This document shows, one piece after another, positions 46,644 through 54,947 of a stretch of 63,492 nt of DNA (position 1 is its first letter; every line of letters begins with the position of its first letter). Source of the stretch: Chloroflexota bacterium (lineage in GTDB: Bacteria; Chloroflexota; Dehalococcoidia; DSTF01; RBG-16-68-14); NCBI GenBank assembly GCA_022562155.1, contig JADFPV010000004.1, positions 1-63,492 on the forward strand, written 5' to 3'. Made by a program: the position numbers and the translations under genes. The notes below the pieces were generated by a model. It saw nothing but the letters and a program-made list of their open reading frames with translations, was not told where the DNA came from and did no database searches.

Positions 46644-47272
46644 CGGGCACGGCCGCCCTCTAGGACAATCGCGAGGGCGCCGGCGAGGACGAGGCCCCAG
46701 GCCCAGCCCCCAAGCACGTCGCTCGGCCAGTGCACGCCTAACCAGACGTTGGGCGGACCCGCCACCACAATGACCGCCACAGACCAGATGCCAGTCAGCC
46801 ACCTCACGACGCGGGGAAGCGGTGTGCTCACGGTTAGATAGAGCAGGAAACCGTAGAGCAGCGCCGGGCTCATAACGTGACCTGCCGGGAAGCTCTCGCT
46901 AGAGAACCCTGTACGGAGTGTCACCAGCGGCTCCATCGGTCGCGGCCGGTCGACAATCTCCTTAAGCCCTGCCTGCAGCAGCGGCAGCACGGCCAGTCCG
47001 ACCGCAAGCACCCCCGCCTCCCATCGATACCCGAGGAGCCATAGTGCCACCACTATCATGGCGCCGGTCGCCAGCACGACCTCCGTAGTCGTGAACGCGC
47101 GCACGATGTCGGAGAGCGCCTCGCCGGGGTAGGCGCGGTCCTGCGCCCAGGACATGATCCACGTATCGCCCGGCAGGGTCTCGTGTTGCGCGGCAAGCAC
47201 CGACAAGGCGACTGATCCCGCCAATAGCGCCGTCCATACGGCGGTGAAAGCACTTATCCTGGTCACAGCCAC
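46634..47272 (-). CDS. PAP2-family phosphatase
   Basis: KEIVDRPRP, SFPAGH, GVHWPSDVLGG motifs. GTG start ~47272. The longer ORF to 47674 is antisense to ruvB. Confidence 0.8.
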   Translation of the reverse strand: MAVTRISAFTAVWTALLAGSVALSVLAAQHETLPGDTWIMSWAQDRAYPGEALSDIVRAFTTTEVVLATGAMIVVALWLLGYRWEAGVLAVGLAVLPLLQAGLKEIVDRPRPMEPLVTLRTGFSSESFPAGHVMSPALLYGFLLYLTVSTPLPRVVRWLTGIWSVAVIVVAGPPNVWLGVHWPSDVLGGWAWGLVLAGALAIVLEGGRARYT

Positions 47273-47329
47273 ATTGTAGATAACTCGCACGAATAGATGC
47301 TGGTACAATGGGCGAAACCGGAGGGAGCC

Positions 47330-48364
47330 GTGACCACGGACCGCATCATCGCCGGCGCGCCCAAAGACGAAGACGAACCGTTCGAGACGTCGCTGCGGCC
47401 GCGTCACCTGTCCGAGTACATCGGCCAGAATAAGGTCAAGGACAACCTCCGCATCTCTATTGAAGCCGCAAAGCAGCGCGGCGACCCCCTCGACCACGTC
47501 CTCCTCTACGGCCCGCCCGGCCTCGGCAAGACGACGCTCGCGAACATCATCGCTTCGGAAATGGGCGTGAGCGTGCGCACGACATCCGGGCCTGCCATTG
47601 AACGGCCGGGCGACCTGGCTGCAATCCTCACGAACCTCCAGCAGGACGATGTGCTCTTCATCGACGAAGTCCACAGACTGGCCCGCGCCGTCGAGGAGAT
47701 CCTCTATCCAGCAATGGAGGACTACGCGCTGGACCTGATCCTGGGGAAGGGCCCGGGTGCCCGTAGCATGCGGCTCGCCCTGCCGCGGTTCACCCTGATC
47801 GGCGCGACCACCCGCTACGCGATGATGAGTCCGCCGCTCCGGGACCGATTCGGCTCCGTCTATCGGCTGGACTTCTACGACGTGGACGCAGTGAGCCAGA
47901 TCGTCGCGCGCTCCGCACGCATCCTCGAAGTTGAGCTGGACGAAGAAGGGACCATGGAGATCGCACGTCGTTCCCGAGGCACACCCCGCGTGGCGAACCG
48001 CCTGCTGAAGCGCGTACGAGACTACACCCAGGTAATGGCGGACGGGACCATCAACGCGGAGATCGCGCGCGAAGCGCTCACCCGGCTAGAGATCGACGAA
48101 CTGGGTCTGGACGATGTCGACCATCGAGTGCTGACCACCATCATCGATAAATTCAACGGTGGGCCGGTCGGCCTCGACACCATCGCCGCCGCCATCTCGG
48201 AAGAAGCCGACACGATCATGGACGTCTACGAGCCGTATCTCCTGCAGCTCGGCTTCCTTCACCGCACACCGCGCGGGCGCGTCGTGACGAAGGCCGCCTA
48301 TGAACACCTGGGAGTGAAGCCACATGCTCGCGCTCCCGCCGGCCAGTCCACGCTGTTCGACTAG
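47330..48364 (+). CDS. ruvB: Holliday junction branch migration helicase RuvB
   Basis: [32 protein letters not shown] 47330 after GGAGGG. Confidence 0.95.
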   Translation: MTTDRIIAGAPKDEDEPFETSLRPRHLSEYIGQNKVKDNLRISIEAAKQRGDPLDHVLLYGPPGLGKTTLANIIASEMGVSVRTTSGPAIERPGDLAAILTNLQQDDVLFIDEVHRLARAVEEILYPAMEDYALDLILGKGPGARSMRLALPRFTLIGATTRYAMMSPPLRDRFGSVYRLDFYDVDAVSQIVARSARILEVELDEEGTMEIARRSRGTPRVANRLLKRVRDYTQVMADGTINAEIAREALTRLEIDELGLDDVDHRVLTTIIDKFNGGPVGLDTIAAAISEEADTIMDVYEPYLLQLGFLHRTPRGRVVTKAAYEHLGVKPHARAPAGQSTLFD

Positions 48365-48414
48365 GCCTACTCCTCCGACGAGGCCTGTCTTCGGAGCTGC
48401 TTGCGAATATGGAC

Positions 48415-48453
48415 GGGCGGCCCTCCCTTGCTTGGTGTGGTGGAGGGCCGCCC
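48415..48453. terminator. 12-bp GC-rich hairpin between convergent ruvB and csrA
   Basis: GGGCGGCCCTCC-15 nt-GGAGGGCCGCCC. Confidence 0.55.
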
Positions 48454-48494
48454 TGTTAGGCCGACCGGCGGCTTCAGTGTCCCCGCCTAAAGTT

Positions 48495-48728
48495 TCACCG
48501 ACGCACTGGCCGGAAGGTCTCTTCTTGGTCCTGTTCCCCCGGAACAGGTCGTTCACGCCCGTTCGACGAATCCGCGGAACGCTCTAGGAGTTCCTCTCGC
48601 AAGATCGATATGCCATTGGGTGCCTCGATACCCAGCTTCACTCGCCGCCTACCGACGCTGAGAACCTTGACGAAAATGCGGTTATCTATCCAGAAGCCTT
48701 CGCTGATTTTCCGATCGAGGACTAACAT
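48495..48728 (-). CDS. csrA: carbon storage regulator CsrA
   Basis: MLVLDRKISEGFWI...VKLGIEAPNGISILREEL matches the CsrA consensus (MLVLTRK...GIEAP..V.I.REE). Confidence 0.85.
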   Translation of the reverse strand: MLVLDRKISEGFWIDNRIFVKVLSVGRRRVKLGIEAPNGISILREELLERSADSSNGRERPVPGEQDQEETFRPVRR

Positions 48729-48760
48729 CCCTGCCTCCTGCCTCCTCCTCCTCGTCCCGT
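48729..48760 (-). promoter_or_regulatory. GGA-rich purine tract forming the csrA SD/leader
   Basis: Minus strand reads ACGGGACGAGGAGGAGGAGGCAGGAGGCAGGG-ATG, with at least 5 GGA motifs. Confidence 0.4.
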
Positions 48761-48775
48761 CTCCCTAATCGGAGT

Positions 48776-48842
48776 GGCCGGAGCGGCCCAATCACACCAC
48801 CCCACATCATCACAGACCCACCTTGATTGGCCCGCTCCGGCC
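48776..48842 (-). other. 19-bp imperfect inverted repeat in the csrA upstream region
   Basis: GGCCGGAGCGGCCCAATCA ... TGATTGGCCCGCTCCGGCC (one mismatch), 29-nt loop. Confidence 0.5.
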
Positions 48843-48908
48843 TGGAACCCCATTGCTGGGACATCTAGTAACGACTTGACGTATCCCTGGGTGATACGGT
48901 AGAAGTTG

Positions 48909-48925
48909 GTTACTGGATGTGTAAC
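48909..48925 (+). promoter_or_regulatory. CsrA-binding-type hairpin GUUAC-UGGAUGU-GUAAC
   Basis: GGA presented in a 7-nt loop of a 5-bp stem. UAC.GGAUGU matches the high-affinity consensus RUACARGGAUGU. Upstream of the wHTH gene. Confidence 0.4.
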
Positions 48926-49028
48926 GCTGGATTATCCTTACCAGCCCCATGCTACCGGATTCCTGATGCCAGTATCATACTTCGTACTTCCCGTCTTGTC
49001 AAGCCCCGCAAAGTGAGGAGATCTGAGA

Positions 49029-49337
49029 ATGGCTAAGTGGCGATTTCTGACGAACCACGCGATGGTTCTCATTCACGTCGCGAACCACCCGCGCTCTACC
49101 CTCCGAGAGATCGCCATGGCGGTTGGCATCACTGAGCGGGCCGCTCTCTCCATCCTCCGCGCCATGGAGGAGGACGACATCATCAGCCGCCAGAGGGAAG
49201 GCCGGCGCAACAAGTACTGGGTGGACTTTAGAGCGCTGCTGAAGTATCCGCTTGGCGGCCCCTACTCGGTCGCCGAACTGGTCGACAACCTGACCGGCAT
49301 CGCCACCCGCCTGCAAGAGCTACAACGCACTCGCTAG
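49029..49337 (+). CDS. winged-helix transcriptional regulator
   Basis: FLTNHAMVLIHVANHPRSTLREIAMAVGITERAALSILRAMEEDDIISRQREGRRNKY. GAGGAG RBS. Confidence 0.6.
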   Translation: MAKWRFLTNHAMVLIHVANHPRSTLREIAMAVGITERAALSILRAMEEDDIISRQREGRRNKYWVDFRALLKYPLGGPYSVAELVDNLTGIATRLQELQRTR

Positions 49338-50296
49338 CCGTCTCCCTGCGTCTCCCAGTCATCGATAGCGGTAAGTATCTCTTCCCGTAGCTCCTCTGCC
49401 GCGAACGAGCCATCGATGGAGTTCTTCGCCAACCGCGCGTACCCTACGCGATCGAGTTTGAGGAGCCGGCCGGCGATCTCGTACTCGCCAACAAGGTCGC
49501 AATCGAAAAATCCCGGATCGTCAGTGTTCACCGAGACGCTGATTCCAGCGTCCCACAACGCGCGTATCGGGTGGTCATCGAGTGAAGACACAACGCCGAG
49601 CAGCAGATTCGACGTCGGGCAGACGGCCAGCGGGATCTGGCGCTCGGCCAGCTCTCGAACAAGCGTGGGGTCTTCCACAGACCGAACGCCGTGCTGAATA
49701 CGGTCGGGGTCCAGAGCATCAAGCGTGTCCCACACCGATTCAGGGCCCGCGTTCTCGCCCGCGTGCGGCGCGGAGTGAAGACCTCGCCTCTTCGCTTCGG
49801 CAAAGACGTCCGCAAATGGCTTCGACGGGAAACCCTCCTCTGGTCCACCCAAGCCAATCGCAACGAGGCCGGGTACGGCGCGTGTGGCGTCCAGCGCCTC
49901 CAGCTTCACCTCGGCCGGCATCACACGCCCGAGTCCGAGCACAAGGCGAAGGATAACATCGCGCTCTTGAGACGCGGCTTCGGCAGCTTCGAAGAAAGAT
50001 TCGAGCGTTCTCGGGCCGAGCGCGGGAGAGATCTCCAGCTCAGCGTAGCGAACGCCAGCGTGGGCGGCGTCTTCGGCGTACTCCCGCACCATGCGGGCGT
50101 AGTCGCCGGGCCGGATCATGACGCGCGTTGCCAGCATGTACGTTTCGACGAAGCCATTGGGGTCGGTGAACTCACGCGAAATGCTCACGCCTTCCCGCGC
50201 ACTAAACTCCTCCAGCGTCGCGGGCCTAACTGTGCCTTCGAGGTGGACGTGTACTTCGGCCTTCGGTAGGGCGGCGAGATCGCTCGGCGCCCTCAT
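49334..50296 (-). CDS. add: adenosine deaminase
   Basis: LPKAEVHVHLEGTVRP metal motif, HAGE, SVNTDDP. Confidence 0.85.
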   Translation of the reverse strand: MRAPSDLAALPKAEVHVHLEGTVRPATLEEFSAREGVSISREFTDPNGFVETYMLATRVMIRPGDYARMVREYAEDAAHAGVRYAELEISPALGPRTLESFFEAAEAASQERDVILRLVLGLGRVMPAEVKLEALDATRAVPGLVAIGLGGPEEGFPSKPFADVFAEAKRRGLHSAPHAGENAGPESVWDTLDALDPDRIQHGVRSVEDPTLVRELAERQIPLAVCPTSNLLLGVVSSLDDHPIRALWDAGISVSVNTDDPGFFDCDLVGEYEIAGRLLKLDRVGYARLAKNSIDGSFAAEELREEILTAIDDWETQGDG

Positions 50297-50413
50297 CGCC
50301 TAGCCGCGCGGCAGCCTTAGGCCTCTCGTGGCGATGATGCCGCGCTGGACCTCGCTCGTGCCGGCGGCGATCGTGCTGGAGACGGCCTGCAGGTAGCCAC
50401 GCTCCAGCCTGCC
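50290..50413. repeat. 124-nt duplication copy A (add start + acyl-CoA dehydrogenase 3' end relic)
   Basis: 109/124 identical to 52313-52436. Confidence 0.9.
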
Positions 50414-52207
50414 GAGTTCGGTCGCCTCTTCGACGGCAATTGTGTCTGAAGACCGAACCGTCATAGTCGGCCGGTCCGTGGAGCCTCGGATGACACCACG
50501 GACGCAGATGTTCTCTCCGAGATAAGACTGCTCCGGTTCCGGGAAATATGCCCGCCTGTGCGGTGGGATGATGACACGGAACTTGCCTCGGTCGCCGACA
50601 TGGAGGATTGACGTCTGGCCGACCCGGTCAACGCGTGTCACAGATCCGCTGACGATCGCGAGGTCGTCCACGTGCTGGCCTGCCTGCTGCCACGGCACCG
50701 CCTGCGGACACGGAGCGGCCACCGCCACGCTCCAGAACCTCCCGGCATCGTACGCAGGACCGGCAGTTCCCGTGTATTTTCCTCCCCGCCACTCGATGAC
50801 GCAGTCGCCCGGTGAAAGAAGGTCAAATCCCTCACCCCCAATGTGAACGACCTTCGTCTCGGGTCGGACAAGCTGGATTAGTCCTAGAACCAGGTGGGAC
50901 GGGTCTACGAACGGAAGCGCCAGCACAAAGACGGTTTCACCGTTCTCCAGCATGGGGCAATCGTCTTCAAGCGCGTCTTTGATTCCTTCCGTCTGAGCAG
51001 CCTGCCCTGACATCCAGCGCTGAACTTCTGTGTCACGCGGGAGCAGCGCGGCGCCAAGGCCTGCGAGCACCACGACGATAGCGGCGGCTCCGGCGATGAC
51101 GTGCCGTACTGACAGCCACTGGATTAACGTCACGGTCAGAGCGGCTATGAAGCCCGCCCAAGGAATGCTTGCCAGGTACACCCATCGAGGGAAGAACGCG
51201 CCTGCGAGGAAGCTGGAGGGAACCAGCGCGATGAGCGCGCAGGCAAAGAGAGCGGGCATGGCCCATTGGCGGCGGAGGAGCGCAACGGTCGCCGCCAAGC
51301 TGAACGTCGCCAGGGCAGCCCATTGGGCCCCTCCGACCCATGAGCCATAGTCGGTGGTGGAGAGGGGGAGGCTAAGCCAACGCAACCGTTCGCCTAGCCT
51401 AACTGCTGCCTGCCAATCTAGTTGATACTGCGTCGACGAGCCAATCTGCGATTGCGAGAGCTGGAGAGCGCCGTAGGCCGCGGCCAGAGCCACGAATGGG
51501 AGCACCGCCCGGGCGAAAGCAACGACCTTCGGTCTATCGCTGGGCAGCTTGACGGCCAGCCCAAGCACGACCAGGAGCACTGGAAGAGAGGCGCTTGCTT
51601 CCATCGTGAACAGCGCAGCCGTGAACGTGACGGTTGCGAGGACCAACGTCCTCCGGCCAGCCGCTCCTTCCCAGAACCTCAAGAACAACACCAACGTGGT
51701 GACGCTCAAGAGAGCGGCCATGAGCGATCCCATGGTGGATATCCAGACCACGCCGGTGCCGTAGGCGGGCGCAACGGCGAACAGCAGGCCGGCAAGGATA
51801 CCCGCAGCGAGGGAGCGCGTGACTCGTCGGATGAGCATGACCGTGGCCGCCGCCGTGGCAGCGTGCAGCACCAGATTGGCCAGGTGGTAGGGAAAGGCGT
51901 CCAGCGAGAACAGCCGGTACATGGAAAAGAAGTAGAAGTCGGCGAGAGGGCGCCAATACGGCGTAGGGCCGCGAGGGAACTCAAACGCGCTCTTGATAGA
52001 TTCGAGAACGTGCGGGTTCTTCGCCGCCCCCAGCCAGACGATGTCGTCCCGGAAAAACCACTGGTCAAGGAAGCGATAGTAGACGAGCGAGGCGGCGGCG
52101 ACGGTCAACAGGAGGCCGGCAACGAGGACCAGCCGCTGGCCAGCCGGCGTGTCATACGAGCGCCGTAGCCCGCCCCAGACTTCAGTGAGCCGGGGCTTGC
52201 AAATCAT
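50300..52207 (-). CDS. GT-C-fold membrane glycosyltransferase-like protein with chimeric C-terminus
   Basis: ~11 TM helices, FRDDIVWLG and PYHLANLVLH (PMT_2/ArnT-like). The last ~37 codons duplicate the acyl-CoA dehydrogenase C-terminus. Confidence 0.6.
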   Translation of the reverse strand: MICKPRLTEVWGGLRRSYDTPAGQRLVLVAGLLLTVAAASLVYYRFLDQWFFRDDIVWLGAAKNPHVLESIKSAFEFPRGPTPYWRPLADFYFFSMYRLFSLDAFPYHLANLVLHAATAAATVMLIRRVTRSLAAGILAGLLFAVAPAYGTGVVWISTMGSLMAALLSVTTLVLFLRFWEGAAGRRTLVLATVTFTAALFTMEASASLPVLLVVLGLAVKLPSDRPKVVAFARAVLPFVALAAAYGALQLSQSQIGSSTQYQLDWQAAVRLGERLRWLSLPLSTTDYGSWVGGAQWAALATFSLAATVALLRRQWAMPALFACALIALVPSSFLAGAFFPRWVYLASIPWAGFIAALTVTLIQWLSVRHVIAGAAAIVVVLAGLGAALLPRDTEVQRWMSGQAAQTEGIKDALEDDCPMLENGETVFVLALPFVDPSHLVLGLIQLVRPETKVVHIGGEGFDLLSPGDCVIEWRGGKYTGTAGPAYDAGRFWSVAVAAPCPQAVPWQQAGQHVDDLAIVSGSVTRVDRVGQTSILHVGDRGKFRVIIPPHRRAYFPEPEQSYLGENICVRGVIRGSTDRPTMTVRSSDTIAVEEATELGRLERGYLQAVSSTIAAGTSEVQRGIIATRGLRLPRG

Positions 52208-52312
52208 AATGTGGCGCCTTGCCTCTGGTGCACCTGATGTGCTGACTGTGAAGAAGGGTTCGTGCCAGGCAGGTAAGCCAAGTGAACGGCACGGGGTTGC
52301 TCCGTAGCGGCA

Positions 52313-52436
52313 CCCTCATCGCCTAGCCGCGCGGCAGGCCCAAGCCCCTAGTCGCAATGATGCCGCGCTGCACTTCGCTCGTGCCCGCGGCGATTGTGCT
52401 GGAGACGGCCTGCAGGTAGGAGCGCTCCAGCCTGCC
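52313..52436. repeat. 124-nt duplication copy B (authentic ACAD 3' end + relic add start)
   Basis: See copy A. Offset 2023 nt. Confidence 0.9.
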
Positions 52437-53489
52437 CTTCATCGGCGCATACTTCGACCCTGGCTCGAGACCCCCATACATCCCAAGCAATTGGATGCCG
52501 GTGAGGGCGAGCCGCTGCCCGAATTCAGAACCGAACAGCTTACTGATCGAGGCCTCGTAATTGGGGATGATGCCCTTCGACTGCATCCAGGGTATGCGGT
52601 AGGCGATGTTTGTGCCAGCAGCCAGCTCCACCGCGCGATCCGCGAGCCTGTTGCGGACCGTCGGGTTGCGGCGTACCGTCTCGTCGGGATGTTCCTGCAC
52701 GAACTCGACAAGCCGCTCAAGCGTCCGCCTGCCGCCCGCGTAGGCCTGAATGCCGGAGCGCTCGAAGTCGAGTGCGACCGCGACCTGATACCAGCCACGG
52801 TTCAGCTCGCCCACAAGGTTCTCCTTGGGAACGCGCACGTTGTCGAAGAAGACTTCGCTGAAGCCGGACTGGCCTGCCATATTGATCAGCGGCCGCATGG
52901 TGATGCCGGGTGTGTCCATCTTGACCGCAAGCGTGCTGATCCCTTTGTGCTTCGGCGCCTCCGGGTCCGTCCTAGCGGCGAGCCAGCCCCAGTGGGACCG
53001 CTGGGCCCCAGACGTCCAGATCTTTTGGCCATTGATCACGAAGTCGTCGCCGTCCTGGACCGCGCGGGTCTGGAGCGAGGCCAGGTCGGACCCGGCCTCC
53101 GGCTCCGAGTAAAGCGTGCACCAAACGTCTTGGCCGGATGTGATCCCCGGCAGGAAGCGCTGCTTTTGCTCTTCTGTGCCGTAGAGCATGACGGCCGGCC
53201 CAACCCAGGCGACGCCCATGCTGTAGGCGCCCGGCGCGCCCTGATACGACATCTCTTCGTTGTAGATCAACTGCTGCATATGCGGAGCGTTCAGCCCGCC
53301 GTACTCCTGCGGCCACGCCATGGCGAGCCACTTACGTTCAGCGAGTTTCGATGTGATGCGTTGGCCGATGTCTGTAGCGCCCTCTTCGCCATACCCAGTG
53401 CCATCCCAGTCCTTTGGCAGCTCCTGGCGCAGGAACTCGCGTACCTCTTCTCGAAACTTTTCCTGCTCTTCGGAGAATCTGAAATCCAT
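52323..53489 (-). CDS. acyl-CoA dehydrogenase
   Basis: 388 aa. MDFRFSEEQE..., typical ACAD domains, C-terminal AAGTSEVQRGIIA. Confidence 0.9.
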   Translation of the reverse strand: MDFRFSEEQEKFREEVREFLRQELPKDWDGTGYGEEGATDIGQRITSKLAERKWLAMAWPQEYGGLNAPHMQQLIYNEEMSYQGAPGAYSMGVAWVGPAVMLYGTEEQKQRFLPGITSGQDVWCTLYSEPEAGSDLASLQTRAVQDGDDFVINGQKIWTSGAQRSHWGWLAARTDPEAPKHKGISTLAVKMDTPGITMRPLINMAGQSGFSEVFFDNVRVPKENLVGELNRGWYQVAVALDFERSGIQAYAGGRRTLERLVEFVQEHPDETVRRNPTVRNRLADRAVELAAGTNIAYRIPWMQSKGIIPNYEASISKLFGSEFGQRLALTGIQLLGMYGGLEPGSKYAPMKGRLERSYLQAVSSTIAAGTSEVQRGIIATRGLGLPRG

Positions 53490-53498
53490 CGCTACCTC

Positions 53499-54119
53499 CT
53501 AGCCAGACCTAGTCGCCGCGCCCATGCGTTTCGCGACGTTCTGGAACACTGCATAGTCTTGCGCGCCGACGATCGGCAACCGCCGCTCCCCGTCGTCGAA
53601 GATGAACGTCGGCGTTCCCGTGATGCCCGAGCTACGCGCCTCCTCCGTCGTCTCGTTGACGAACGAGACGTAGCGGCCCGAGGCCAGCGCCTCTTCGAGG
53701 CCGGATACGTCGAGACCAATCGATGAGCCTAGCTCGGCCAGCACGGCGAGATCGCCAAGGTCGCGGCCCTCGCCGAAGTACGCCCGAAAGAGGGCGTGGT
53801 GATAAGCATCGAACAGTCCTTGTTCACGAGCGAACTCGGCGGCCTCCAGCGACCTGTGCGCATTGGGGATGTGGCCTCCCGGTGCGTACGGCAGGCCTGC
53901 CTCCTCGGCAAACTGCCGGATCGGGCTGACGGAGCCTTCCGGGCGTGGGCGCCGCTCGCCGCGGTCGCGGCCCTCGGGCGGAATCTCAGGATGCAGCTCG
54001 AATGGCAGCCAGGTCACCTCGATGTCGAACTCCAGTTGAAGCTGGTCGGCCCGCACGAGGCCGATATAGCACCACGGTCAGATGTAGTCTGAATATATCG
54101 TGAGGTTCATCTGGCTCAT
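53499..54119 (-). CDS. DsbA/FrnE-like dithiol oxidoreductase with in-frame TGA at the first active-site Cys (Sec candidate or pseudogene)
   Basis: Frame reads MSQMNLTIYSDYI-TGA-PWCYIGLV..., with TGA at 54078-54080. The ATG lies 1 nt after the upstream SDR stop. The rest of the DsbA_FrnE-like sequence is intact. Confidence 0.55.
54046..54064 (-). other. candidate bacterial SECIS-like hairpin
   Basis: UCGGCC-ucgugcg-GGCCGA begins 13 nt after the UGA. Confidence 0.3.
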
Positions 54120-54120
54120 A

Positions 54121-54897
54121 TCACGCGTTTCTAACGGTTAACCCACCATCAACAGGCAATGCAACCCCGGTAATATACTGGGCTGCCGGCAATACCAGGC
54201 TGAGCGTGCCATGGGCGACTTCCTCGGGCTCTCCATAGCGCCTGAGGGCAACTCGCCTTTTCGCATATGTTTCCTTGTGTTCTTCCGGTATTCCTGCAGT
54301 CATACCAGTACGAATTGGTCCAGGACAAATGCAGTTGACGGTGATTCCCTCCGACCCCAACTCAACGGCAAGCGACCGAGTCAACCCAATGACGCCCGTC
54401 TTAGCGGCCGAATACGGACTCCCATACTTTGTGGCGCCCAGTGCCTCCGTTGATGCGATATTGACGATTCGACCATGAGGAGACTTCCGGATGAAGGGCA
54501 GCGCGGCCCGGATCGTTAGTACGTGCGCGGTGAGCAGCACAGCATGGGTCTTCTCCCAGGCCGTGAGATAGCCATCTCCATCTACAGGTGATGGCATGGA
54601 TATCCCCGCATTGTTCACAAGAATGTCGATCTGACCGAAGTGCTCGCCAATCTCTCTGATGATGGGGGCAATGGCATCACCATCGGACAGATCCAGGGTC
54701 CAGCCCTTCGCATCGTATCCCGCATCGGTCATCTCCTTGACGACATCTTGCAAAGGTTCCTCATTGATATCAATCAAGGCAACGCGTGCGCCTTCATCGC
54801 CGAACAGGTGCGCAGTGGCGCGGCCCATACCACTCGCCGCGCCAGTAACTATCGCGACTTCTCCTCTAATGGAACGGCTTAGCGATGTCAGTGGCAT
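54121..54897 (-). CDS. SDR-family oxidoreductase
   Basis: VAIVTGAASGMGRA, NNAG, YSAAK. ATG 54897 after AAGGAG. Confidence 0.85.
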   Translation of the reverse strand: MPLTSLSRSIRGEVAIVTGAASGMGRATAHLFGDEGARVALIDINEEPLQDVVKEMTDAGYDAKGWTLDLSDGDAIAPIIREIGEHFGQIDILVNNAGISMPSPVDGDGYLTAWEKTHAVLLTAHVLTIRAALPFIRKSPHGRIVNIASTEALGATKYGSPYSAAKTGVIGLTRSLAVELGSEGITVNCICPGPIRTGMTAGIPEEHKETYAKRRVALRRYGEPEEVAHGTLSLVLPAAQYITGVALPVDGGLTVRNA

Positions 54898-54947
54898 AGT
54901 TAGTCTCCTTCCTTCCAAGCAGAAGCTACCTGATCTCGCGTGGTTCC

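Noticed and set aside
47273-47674. N-terminal extension of the PAP2 ORF (46634..47674)
   Set aside because: It is antisense to ruvB. PAP2 motifs and TM helices begin after the GTG at ~47272.
52491-53726. 411-aa plus-strand ORF antisense to the acyl-CoA dehydrogenase and DsbA-like genes
   Set aside because: Shadow ORF.
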